Origin: a virus
Taxonomy: Duplodnaviria; Caudoviricetes
Virus record (IMG/VR): IMGVR_UViG_3300049000_000067
Span: 1-51,082 of that record
DNA: 51,082 nucleotides
Strand: one strand, 5' to 3'
How positions within the stretch are numbered: position 1 is the first letter of the stretch; every line of letters starts with the position of its first letter. This document shows, piece by piece, positions 16,301 through 24,114 of the stretch. Position numbers and translations under genes: made by a program. Under the pieces are notes generated by a model. The model worked only from the letters and a program-made list of their open reading frames with translations. It had not been told where the DNA came from and did no database searches.

Positions 16301-19214
16301 CGGGCAGCGCGTGCGGCGGCTGACCATCGACGGCTCGGCCAACGCCACCGCGGCCATGGTCGGCATCCAGCTCTACGGCTACGTGCGCGAGACGATCTGT
16401 GACCAGGTCACCGTGCGCAACATGGTCAGCGACGGCTTCGCGACCACCAGCTACAGCCCCTACACCGGCGACACCGCGGCCCCGCAGAGCTGCCGGTTCC
16501 TGGACTGCTACGCCGACAACTGCGGCGGCGCGGGCTTCGTCATCTCCGGCCCGGACTGCGTGCTGGTCAACTGCAACGCCCAAGGCGCCGGGTACGTCGG
16601 GTACTTGATCCAGTACGCCCCGAACACCCAGCTCATCGGGTGCCGCGCGGAGTGGGCGGGCAACCACAACTACTACATCACCGGCTCCTACGGCACCGGC
16701 CAGGGCGCGGGCGCGGTGCTGATGTCCGGGTGCTCGTCCGACCGGGCCAACTACAACGGCATCCTGATCGACTCGACCGGCTCGGCCGCGCACAACATCA
16801 GCGGTTTCTCGGCCCGGCGGGACGGTCGGAACGGTGGCACCGGCGCGGGCAACTACGCGGGCATCCAGATCAACGGCGCCACCAACCCGGTGGCGATCGA
16901 CGGGCTGACGGTCTACCCGGGCGTGAACGACGACGGCTCGGGCACTAACTCCCCGCAGCACGGCGTGCGGGTCACCGGCTCCACGCACGTCTCGGTGGAC
17001 TCGGGCTACATCCACGCGGCCACCACCGCGGTCACCGACAACGGCGGCAACGCCTACTTCGCGGTCGCCCCGGCAGTCGGTCGGGCGGTCGGCACCACGG
17101 CAGCTCCGACCCGCACCGTGCCGACCGCGGTGGCGCTCACCAACGACCCTCGATTCTTCAGCGTGGCCCGGCCCGGCGATGACCTGAACGCCAAGATCGC
17201 GGCGCTCACCCCCGGCCAGACGCTGCTGATCACCGGTCGGCACGTGGTCACCGATGCGCTGGTAGCCGTCTCCGGCTCGTCCACGCTGCCGATCACGATC
17301 CGCGGCGACGGCACCGCGGTGATCGAGCACTCCGGCGGTCGGACCGGCACCGGGTACGCCCTCACCATCACCGGTGCCTACCTGCATTTCGCGGACTTCA
17401 CCGCGCAGGAGGCCGCCAAGGCGATCGTGGTGCAGGGCTCCACGGCACACGACATCACGTTCGAGCGGGTCGTCGGGCGCGCCACCAAGAACGAGGCGTG
17501 GAAGTTCCGCCAGGGCGCGAACCTGATCCACCTGTGGGACTGCCACGCCGAGGACACCGGACTCGGGGCGAGCTTCGGTGAGGGGTTCTACGTCGGCGAA
17601 GCGGCCTCGAACTGGCTGCCCACCGCGAACGTCACCCCGGACACCACGTCGTACATCCGGTTCGAGCGGTGCAGCACGCGACGCACCCGCAACGACGGCT
17701 TCGACTTCAAGGAGGGCGCGCACCACATCGTTGTGAAGGACTGCGTGGTCGAGAAGCCGACCGCGACGATCGCTGACGCGCAGGGCGACTCCGGGTACTA
17801 CAACCGGGCCGACACCGTGCAGTACATCAACTGCCACGCCCGCAACGTGCCCGGGGACGGTTTCAAGCCCTACGACGTGGTGGTCAACGCGATCACCTAC
17901 GGGCGCGGCGTCGAGATCTGGGGAGGCCTGGTCGAGGGCGCCGGTGGCGCTGGTGTCGCCAGTCAGAGCGACGACCTCAAGGTCTACTCGAACTTCGCCA
18001 TCGCGGGCACCGTCACCGGCGGCCGGACCAACGTGGTCGGCGGTGGCTGGACGAGCGCCTACGACCCGACGACGCTCACCGAGCTGACCTGGACCAGTCC
18101 GGCGCTGCTCTGGCGGGTGGAGCTACAGCCGCACGCCGCTTCGCATGGCACCGGTGGGCAGGACCAGATCACCCCGGCGATGATCGGTGCCGCGTCGACA
18201 ATCCACGTGCACTCGGGTGCCGACATCACCAGCGGCACCGTCGCGTACGGGCGGCTGCCCGTGGGCACCGCGGCCTCCACGGTGGCGGCTGGTGACGACA
18301 CACGGCTGACCAACGCCCGGACCCCCACCGCGCACGCCGCCAGCCACGCCCCAGGCGGTAGCGACGATCTCAGCGGCTCCTACGAGCCGCTGACCCACAA
18401 GGCCGCCGCCAGCGGCTACGCCAGCCTCGATGCCGGGACCAAGGTCCCGATCGTCCAGCTCCCGACCGGGGGTGCGAACGGGCTCGCCCAGCTCGACTCC
18501 AGCGGAATCTTGCCGACCGCGAACCAGTATGGGGCGAGCACCACCACCTACGGCATCCTGATGCTCGCCGGAGACCTCGGTGGCACCGCCGCCGCCCCGA
18601 AGATCATCGGTAACACCATGCGTGCGGTCACCGGTGCCACCACGCTGACCGACGCCGACGGGATTGTGGTCGTCACCCCGTCCGGGGCCACCGCCACCGC
18701 GACGCTGCCCACCCCGGTTGGTCGCACGGGCAAGCGCTTCGTGGTCAAGAAGGCGTACGGCGCCACCGCCTTCGCGGTCTCGATCGCCACCGCCGCGGGC
18801 ACCATCGACGGCGCGGCCACCGAAGTCATCATGGTCGCCGGTGGCTACCGCGAGGTCATCTCCGACGGGGCGAACTGGCACATCATCGGCGGCACGGTCA
18901 TCCCGGTGATCTACACCCCGACGGCCCCCACCAACGGTGCAACGGTTACCCCGGACGCAACGATGGCCTCGGTGTTCCGCTACACACCGGCCGTCGCCGG
19001 ATGGATCTTGGGGAACCCAACCAACGGTGTCGATGGTCTCCAGATCAACATCGAGATCACGCCGTCGGTCAGCTTCACCCTCACGATCACCGGCCCGGCG
19101 CTGACCACCGGCATCACCTCACCGGTGGCGGTGGCCAGCGGCAAGAAGTGCTTCGTCGGACTGCGCTACTCGGGCAGCACCTGGTACGTCATCGCGCTCA
19201 CCACGCAGAGCTAG
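13344..19214 (+). CDS. Giant virion fibre protein 2 (1956 aa) with two right-handed beta-helix (depolymerase-like) domains
   Basis: GGGAGG RBS; repeated AGTGLTGGG.L.ADRTL and GND.RLSDARTP modules; pectate-lyase-3-like start YNVKSYGATGDGTTDDTAAIQAALNA (~15990); second helix PGDDLNAKIAALTPGQ...GEGFYVG...DGFDFKEG. Confidence 0.8.
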   Translation: MANDEFRGAVLVAAPSAPGSPATKQYVDDGDATRVPTTRQVLAGTGLTGGGDLSADRTLTVAYGSSAATAVQGNDTRVTADQVAGTASIRTLGTGAQQAAAGTAPAAAVTAHEAATDPHTQYLTNARGDARYQPLDTQLSALAGVAGGVDALPYFTSTSAASQTTLSSFMRTVLDDADAATARTTLGAAATTDLASYVPTTRSVLAGTGLTGGGALSADRTLTVAYGSAAGTAVQGNDVRVTADQAVGTASIRTLGTGALQAAAGNDSRFTDSRTPSGTAGGDLTGTYPNPTIAAALKDPVAATAGLRTLGTGAAQAAAGNDSRLSDARTPTGTAGGDLTGTYPNPTLRATLVDPVAATAGLRTLGTGAQQAAAGNDSRLSDARTPVAHVHSGADITTGTVGYARLPVGTAVSTIAAGDDARIVGAVQTTRSIIAGTGLTGGGTLAADRTLTVAYGSTAGTAAQGNDARLSDARTPTAHAASHASGGGDPITPAAIGAAAAVHVHSGADITTGTVGYARLPVGTAVSTIAAGDDARIVGAVQTTRQVIAGTGLTGGGTLAADRTLTVAYGSTAGTAAQGNDSRLSDARTPLAHAASHAKGQADVLTPLAIGAVMSAVPTAIKTAAYTAAVGEMVLVDATAGPITITLPVISAGGDRVAVKKLDSSTNVVTVAAGTGNTIGSAGASSVPIRLQDQAVSYQASGTNWVIPHSHLGLPSLDARFVAQSVATAKGDMLAATGAGAFARLGVGTDGYALVADSTQALGVKWAAVAGGGGSPTGAAGGSLAGTYPNPTIAAGVITGTEIAAAIKDPAAATAGLRTLGTGAAQAAAGNDARLSDQRAWSLYTAGGETSGYVPTWNGTKYVAAAPTGGGGGLANLTTFGIYNVKSYGATGDGTTDDTAAIQAALNATPAGAICWVPPGVYRTSAALVVPPQVTLEGTHGVSLTYGTGPANPCVIKPLAAGSWTGVAAVIRFLNKTAGSYATDSLGQRVRRLTIDGSANATAAMVGIQLYGYVRETICDQVTVRNMVSDGFATTSYSPYTGDTAAPQSCRFLDCYADNCGGAGFVISGPDCVLVNCNAQGAGYVGYLIQYAPNTQLIGCRAEWAGNHNYYITGSYGTGQGAGAVLMSGCSSDRANYNGILIDSTGSAAHNISGFSARRDGRNGGTGAGNYAGIQINGATNPVAIDGLTVYPGVNDDGSGTNSPQHGVRVTGSTHVSVDSGYIHAATTAVTDNGGNAYFAVAPAVGRAVGTTAAPTRTVPTAVALTNDPRFFSVARPGDDLNAKIAALTPGQTLLITGRHVVTDALVAVSGSSTLPITIRGDGTAVIEHSGGRTGTGYALTITGAYLHFADFTAQEAAKAIVVQGSTAHDITFERVVGRATKNEAWKFRQGANLIHLWDCHAEDTGLGASFGEGFYVGEAASNWLPTANVTPDTTSYIRFERCSTRRTRNDGFDFKEGAHHIVVKDCVVEKPTATIADAQGDSGYYNRADTVQYINCHARNVPGDGFKPYDVVVNAITYGRGVEIWGGLVEGAGGAGVASQSDDLKVYSNFAIAGTVTGGRTNVVGGGWTSAYDPTTLTELTWTSPALLWRVELQPHAASHGTGGQDQITPAMIGAASTIHVHSGADITSGTVAYGRLPVGTAASTVAAGDDTRLTNARTPTAHAASHAPGGSDDLSGSYEPLTHKAAASGYASLDAGTKVPIVQLPTGGANGLAQLDSSGILPTANQYGASTTTYGILMLAGDLGGTAAAPKIIGNTMRAVTGATTLTDADGIVVVTPSGATATATLPTPVGRTGKRFVVKKAYGATAFAVSIATAAGTIDGAATEVIMVAGGYREVISDGANWHIIGGTVIPVIYTPTAPTNGATVTPDATMASVFRYTPAVAGWILGNPTNGVDGLQINIEITPSVSFTLTITGPALTTGITSPVAVASGKKCFVGLRYSGSTWYVIALTTQS
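14508..15113 (+). repeat. Intragenic duplication, 88 codons twice (14508-14771 and 14850-15113)
   Basis: 85 of 88 residues identical by manual comparison, with heavy synonymous divergence. Confidence 0.85.
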
Positions 19215-19229
19215 GGGAGGACAGACAGC

Positions 19230-20057
19230 ATGGCGGTTGCGTTCGGGTCCATCGGAGCCCTCGCCTCCAACAACGGGGCGGCCAAGGCCACGACTGTCGC
19301 GGTGGCGCACCCGAGCGGCATCGTTGCGAACGACGTGCTGCTGCTCCAGGGCATGAACAGCTCGCCGGACCCGTACACCACCCCCAGTACCTGGACGGCC
19401 ACCCAGAACCCGGCCGCCAGCGCCGCTGACATCCAGGCAGCGGCCTTCCGCAAGGTCGCCGCCGGGACCGAGTCCGGCACCGTCACCCTCGGCACCGCGA
19501 CCGTGACGACCACGGTGGCCGGGGTGATGCTGCGCTACACCGGTGGGGCCTACCGCAACTCGGGTAGCGCCATTGCCGCCAGCGCCTCGACCACCTCACC
19601 CGCCCCGCCCGCCGTCACCGGTGCGACGGCCACAGACATGGTCATCGCGATGTACTTCTGGGGCGACAACGCCGCGCAGGTGGCCAACGCGGTGCCGACG
19701 TTCACCGTCACCAACCTCACCAGCGCGGGCTGGACGATCCGGCTCCAGCAGGGTGTCGGGGTGGGTGTGGCCACAAACTGGGACACCGGCATCGTGATCG
19801 CCGACAAGATCGGCCAGACCGCCGCCGCGCCCACGATCACCGCGAACCGCACCGGCGGGTGGAACGTCGTCAGCGTGGCGATCTCGGCCACCACGGGTCC
19901 GCTCGGTGGACAGTTCCTGCCCTTCATGGCCCACCACGAGGAACGCAGCGACTCCGGGCTCTGGGTGCCGGACGGCACGCGCCGTCGGCTGCGCACCGGC
20001 CGATCGATCATCGACCTCACCCCGCGTCAGTTGGTGCTTCCCCCTCGGGCAGCATGA
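19230..20057 (+). CDS. Small beta-rich fibre partner/tip protein 2 (275 aa)
   Basis: GGGGAGG RBS; HPSGIVANDVLLL resembles LPTGTVAGDYLLL of 12663-13328; follows fibre 2. Confidence 0.65.
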   Translation: MAVAFGSIGALASNNGAAKATTVAVAHPSGIVANDVLLLQGMNSSPDPYTTPSTWTATQNPAASAADIQAAAFRKVAAGTESGTVTLGTATVTTTVAGVMLRYTGGAYRNSGSAIAASASTTSPAPPAVTGATATDMVIAMYFWGDNAAQVANAVPTFTVTNLTSAGWTIRLQQGVGVGVATNWDTGIVIADKIGQTAAAPTITANRTGGWNVVSVAISATTGPLGGQFLPFMAHHEERSDSGLWVPDGTRRRLRTGRSIIDLTPRQLVLPPRAA

Positions 20058-20071
20058 AAAGGAGATATGAA

Positions 20072-20461
20072 ATGACCATCGTTCGAATTCCCGAAACCTT
20101 CCCCTGGGTGACTACCCCCCTGGAAGCGACGCGGGAAGACCTGATTGCACTCATCGACGCTACTGAGGCATGGCCATTTGGCTACAGCGTCTTCGTTGCG
20201 GGCGTCTGGCTGGACGGAGAAGAGGAAAGGCCCGAGTTCCTCGTACTGTTCTATGTGCCTTGGTTGCGCTCAGATCAGGTGCTCTTTGCCTATGTCCGAG
20301 GAGGACAGAAATTCGGCCTGATCCCGACCGAGGCCATGGTCGGTGATCGACACGACGTTCGCCTGGTCGTGCTGGACGGTGAGCATCTACCCTGGGAGCA
20401 GTTCTCGTTGCCGCTTGGTTATGCGTGGGGTAACTCCATCGACCAGGACAACGACGGCTGA
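20072..20461 (+). CDS. Hypothetical protein (129 aa), lower GC
   Basis: AAGGAG RBS before ATG 20072; aromatic and acidic composition. Confidence 0.65.
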   Translation: MTIVRIPETFPWVTTPLEATREDLIALIDATEAWPFGYSVFVAGVWLDGEEERPEFLVLFYVPWLRSDQVLFAYVRGGQKFGLIPTEAMVGDRHDVRLVVLDGEHLPWEQFSLPLGYAWGNSIDQDNDG

Positions 20462-20469
20462 CCATTGAT

Positions 20470-20510
20470 CCTGTCCGGGCTCCGCGGACGACGACGGAAG
20501 AGGTGAAGGG
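20470..20510 (+). promoter_or_regulatory. Putative late promoter, copy 4
   Basis: CCTGTC at 20470 and GAAGAGGTGAAGGG at 20497. Confidence 0.7.
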
Positions 20511-20535
20511 GTCCAGACCTGACAAAGGAGTGCCC

Positions 20536-21087
20536 ATGACAGCACCCATGACCGCTTCGGTAATGGTGCGCAATACCTCCCCCGGACCGACCGTGTTCGA
20601 CAACGGTCGGGGTGACAAGGTGGAATGGCAGGGCGCTGGAGACAGTATGGGTGGCGACATCCAGCCCGTTCCCGGCGTCTTTCTCAACGACGTTCAGTTC
20701 CAGCGGATGAAGACCCGCGGGATCTTCGAGATCGTCGATGACGAGTCGATCATCGACGCCACCACCGCGGCCCACCGCGCGGAGTGGCAGAACCGGCAGG
20801 ACCGCCAGCGGTCTGCTGGGATCGAGCAGCTCGATGAGACCCCGAACAACGACACGATCGTCAAGACCTGTATCGGTCCGTCGGGCAAGGCTGCGGACCA
20901 GCTCTGCGGCGCCGACGTCCCGGTCCGGGTCGCCGACACCGCCAACAAGCCCCCGCTGTGCCCCATGCACACCGGGTTGAGCAGCCAGTTCGTCCCTCGG
21001 ACGACCGAGCGTGTGGTCGAAGGCAAGCCCGAGGTCGTCTGGATGCGCGCTCGACTGACGGCCGCCAACGAGCCGTTGCACGACTGA
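20536..21087 (+). CDS. Hypothetical morphogenesis-region protein (183 aa) with C..C..CxxH metal site
   Basis: AAGGAG RBS; TCIG...LCG...LCPMH. Confidence 0.65.
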   Translation: MTAPMTASVMVRNTSPGPTVFDNGRGDKVEWQGAGDSMGGDIQPVPGVFLNDVQFQRMKTRGIFEIVDDESIIDATTAAHRAEWQNRQDRQRSAGIEQLDETPNNDTIVKTCIGPSGKAADQLCGADVPVRVADTANKPPLCPMHTGLSSQFVPRTTERVVEGKPEVVWMRARLTAANEPLHD

Positions 21088-21108
21088 GAGAACCCAGGAG
21101 AGGAACCG

Positions 21109-21750
21109 ATGGCCGACTCCAACGCCACGTCCGATGAGCGCCGCGGAGCGCTGGACGTTCCCACCACGAACTACGACGACCTGGTGACCGTCAACCAGGA
21201 GGGCTACTTCGAGGACGAGAACCACCGTCCCGAGCCGCTCTACCAGTACGGCACGGTCGACACCTCCGACACCGGCGGGGCGGCGCATCAGAGCGTCGCC
21301 GAGGTCAGCCCGGTGTTCGAGGAGGCCCGGGTGCGCAACCTGGTCACCGCTGCGCGCGCCCTCGACCCCGACGACGACGGGGTCGGCTCTGAGATGGTCA
21401 TCCTGCCGGAGGGCTCGGTGACCGTCACCGGCTCGACCAAGAGCGTGGACGATGCCCGCGCCGAGATCGAGGGCAAGCTCAAGAGCCTGGCCGACGAGCC
21501 GGTCGTGCTCGGTGCAGCCGGTCCGCAGCAGCGGGCGGCGGCCGAGGAGGCCGAGGACACGTCCAACCCAGACGTGCCCGAGGGTGTGCGGCCCGGGGCC
21601 AACCCGGCTCCCGCGACGGCCACCACGGCGGCGTCCACGTCGCAGCAGGCCGCCGCGGCACCGAGCGGCACCAGCTCGGCCGCGCGGGCACGCGCGTCCC
21701 GCGGTACGAGCAGCGGCTCGTCCTCGGGGAGCAGCAGCTCGTCGAAGTAG
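21109..21750 (+). CDS. Hypothetical acidic protein with Ala/Ser low-complexity tail (213 aa)
   Basis: GGAGAGGA RBS; typical codon bias. Confidence 0.7.
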   Translation: MADSNATSDERRGALDVPTTNYDDLVTVNQEGYFEDENHRPEPLYQYGTVDTSDTGGAAHQSVAEVSPVFEEARVRNLVTAARALDPDDDGVGSEMVILPEGSVTVTGSTKSVDDARAEIEGKLKSLADEPVVLGAAGPQQRAAAEEAEDTSNPDVPEGVRPGANPAPATATTAASTSQQAAAAPSGTSSAARARASRGTSSGSSSGSSSSSK

Positions 21751-21778
21751 ATCTCTGCACCAGAACGATCAGCCGGGG

Positions 21779-21810
21779 CGTGCGGGACACTCCGCACGGC
21801 CTGTCTGTGT
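21779..21810 (+). terminator. Possible weak terminator hairpin
   Basis: CGTGCGG/CCGCACG stem followed by TGTCTGTGT, just before motif copy 5. Confidence 0.4.
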
Positions 21811-21851
21811 CCTGTCCCCATTCCTTCTCGGGCACCTGAAGAAGTGAAGGG
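21811..21851 (+). promoter_or_regulatory. Putative late promoter, copy 5
   Basis: CCTGTC at 21811 and GAAGAAGTGAAGGG at 21838. Confidence 0.75.
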
Positions 21852-21868
21852 CTGACGAAGGGATCGGG

Positions 21869-22534
21869 ATGACCGCCAGTAAGACGCCCCGCTTGGCTCT
21901 GATGAACCCTGTCGGGTCTGACGCATTTGTGACCACCGACTTCGCGTCGACATTCCAGATCCTCGACGCGAACCCCGGCTACGCCATTGTTCCGAACGCT
22001 GCCAGCCGCCCCACGAACTACACCGCGGCTCAGCACGGCTCGATGGTCTACCAGTCCGACCTGAACATCCTCTGGAGCTGGAACCAACCCACCTCGGGCT
22101 CGGCCGGTGCCTGGCGCCGGGTCGGCAACTCCGGCCTGCTGGGCTCGTCCTCGGCGTCCGGCCAGATCACCACGACCACCACGACCTACACCTCCGGCAC
22201 TCAGGCGGCGGCCCTCACGGTCACCGTGCCCGGCGGTCGCCCGGTCCAGGTGGCGATCTCCTGGGACATCCTGGGCAACACCTACAACAAGAGCGTGATC
22301 TCCTACTGGGAGAACAACACGCTGGTGCTGTCCAAGGCCGTCTACGGCGTGAACCCGAGCGCCTCCGGCCAGCCGGTCTCTGACGGCGTCTGGGTCTTCG
22401 CCCGCGACCCCGCCCCGGCCGCCTCGCTCACGCTGGCCACCAAGGTCACCGTGGCCGCCTACAACGCCGCCGCCCCGAACGGCGCCGGTACCACCACGGC
22501 CAACGGTGTCTCGATCGCGATCTGGGAGACCTAG
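21869..22534 (+). CDS. Virion structural protein (short fibre / collar-like, 221 aa)
   Basis: TPRLAL..P N-terminus typical of actinophage minor structural proteins; Thr/Ser-rich beta C-terminus. Confidence 0.6.
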   Translation: MTASKTPRLALMNPVGSDAFVTTDFASTFQILDANPGYAIVPNAASRPTNYTAAQHGSMVYQSDLNILWSWNQPTSGSAGAWRRVGNSGLLGSSSASGQITTTTTTYTSGTQAAALTVTVPGGRPVQVAISWDILGNTYNKSVISYWENNTLVLSKAVYGVNPSASGQPVSDGVWVFARDPAPAASLTLATKVTVAAYNAAAPNGAGTTTANGVSIAIWET

Positions 22535-23388
22535 TGCTGACGGGGGAGCGCCAGTACGTCTCTCAGTTCGCGCCGGACGTGCTGGGTCTCACGATCATGG
22601 TCGCTGGAGTCCCGGCGGATGCTGACGGCCCGGTCGAGGCCACCCTGATCAACGAGAACACACACGTCACCGTGCTCGACCGGGACGCCACCCGGGCCGG
22701 GGTGGGCGACTACCGGATCACCCTGTCCTCGCAGGAGTCCAGCCAGCCCGGCGACTACCGGGTGCGCTGGGAGTACGGGCTCGACGGCATCCCGCAGATC
22801 TACGACACCTACTTGACCATCGGCGCGGCCAGCCCCACCTACGACCAGCTCGCGCCGGACATGAAGGAGATCGTCGACCAGGTCTGGATCCGGTTCGCCG
22901 ACCTGTTCGACGCCCCGCAGGGCGGCCCGCACCTCCAGACGTACTTCGAGAACAACTTCGGGCGCGGCCGACTGGCGCAGCTGCTGCGAGTCGCCGTCGG
23001 CCGCCTGAACACCGTGGCCCAGCCGCACCAGACCTACTCGATCGACGGCGACAAGGTCTTCCCCACGCTGACCTGGGGGCCGCTGCTGGAGCAGGCCCTC
23101 TACGTCGAGGTGATCAAGCACCTGCGCCGGAGCTACGTCGAGCAGCCCGCGCTCACCGGCGGCGACGCTGCCCGGCTCGACCGCCGGGACTACCTCCAGC
23201 GGTGGGGCGAGATCCTGGACGACGAGGAAGAGGACCTCAAGGGCCGCCTGGGCACCTTCAAGATCGCCAACATGGGGCTCGGCCGTCCCTCGGTCATGGT
23301 CTCCGGTGGCGTCTACGGCCGCTATGCCCCGACCCGCTACGCAGGAAGCGCCGCCGCCCGCGGGCGCTTCTGGTCGCGGATGTACTGA
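22534..23388 (+). CDS. Probable head-to-tail adaptor (N-terminal Ig-like domain + helical adaptor domain)
   Basis: Position in the neck module; GDYRVRWEY Ig-like part; RFADLFD..GGP.L...LDRRDYLQRW. Confidence 0.6.
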   Translation: MLTGERQYVSQFAPDVLGLTIMVAGVPADADGPVEATLINENTHVTVLDRDATRAGVGDYRITLSSQESSQPGDYRVRWEYGLDGIPQIYDTYLTIGAASPTYDQLAPDMKEIVDQVWIRFADLFDAPQGGPHLQTYFENNFGRGRLAQLLRVAVGRLNTVAQPHQTYSIDGDKVFPTLTWGPLLEQALYVEVIKHLRRSYVEQPALTGGDAARLDRRDYLQRWGEILDDEEEDLKGRLGTFKIANMGLGRPSVMVSGGVYGRYAPTRYAGSAAARGRFWSRMY

Positions 23389-24104
23389 TGAGCAGCCCCG
23401 CGATCAATACGAGCCGGTTCCTCTACCCCGAGGACCGGATGAGCTTCGTGTTCGGTCGCCCCGGCGAGCCCATCCGCACGCCCCCGCGCACCGGGCTGAA
23501 GCTGTTCCTGGAGCGCACCGCGCAGACCCCGGCCGACATTCTCGACCTCGACGGCAACCCGATCCCATTCTCCACCGTCTACACCGGGGCGGACAGTCTG
23601 CTGCCGGAGTTCTACGGGCCGCCCGGGTTCGTCAGCAGGATTTACGCGCGCATCGTCGGCGGCACCGCGGACACCTACCCGCTGATGGCCCAGTACTCCG
23701 ACCGGCTGGCCAACCTGCCGATGCTGGTCACCGGCAACGGCCCACCCAGCGATGCCGTCGGCGCGGTCGGCAGCTTCTACATTGACCAGGATCTCGACCC
23801 GGCCGATCCGAACCACCACCCGCACCCGGTGCTCTACGGCCCCCGGCTGATCGACGGCTGGCCGGACGAGGGCGTGGTGCTGATCGGCCCACAGGGGGAG
23901 CCCGGGTCGAGCTTCCGGTGGATCCAGAACACCCCCGCGCTGGAGTGGGTGATCACCCACCCGCTCACCTACCGGCCGAACGTGGCGACGATCGACTCGG
24001 CCGGGATGGAGTTCCACTCCGAGGTCGTCTATCCCCCGGGCCAGCCCCAGCTCGTGATCGTTCGGAACGGTGCCCCCGAGTCCGGCGAGGCGATCCTGTC
24101 GTGA
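23388..24104 (+). CDS. Neck/collar-associated structural protein (238 aa)
   Basis: TGATG coupling; G.G.P....G..G.FY.D....YGPR motif, GPQGEPG, WVITHPL.YRP.V domain. Confidence 0.65.
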   Translation: MSSPAINTSRFLYPEDRMSFVFGRPGEPIRTPPRTGLKLFLERTAQTPADILDLDGNPIPFSTVYTGADSLLPEFYGPPGFVSRIYARIVGGTADTYPLMAQYSDRLANLPMLVTGNGPPSDAVGAVGSFYIDQDLDPADPNHHPHPVLYGPRLIDGWPDEGVVLIGPQGEPGSSFRWIQNTPALEWVITHPLTYRPNVATIDSAGMEFHSEVVYPPGQPQLVIVRNGAPESGEAILS

Positions 24105-24114
24105 GGACCTGATC

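Noticed and set aside
14559-17837. Very long minus-strand ORFs (also 27247-30300, 47184-49817, 31955-34021, 45030-47120 and others)
   Set aside because: Antisense shadows of GC3-rich plus-strand genes; Arg/Gly/Val-rich translations without motifs.
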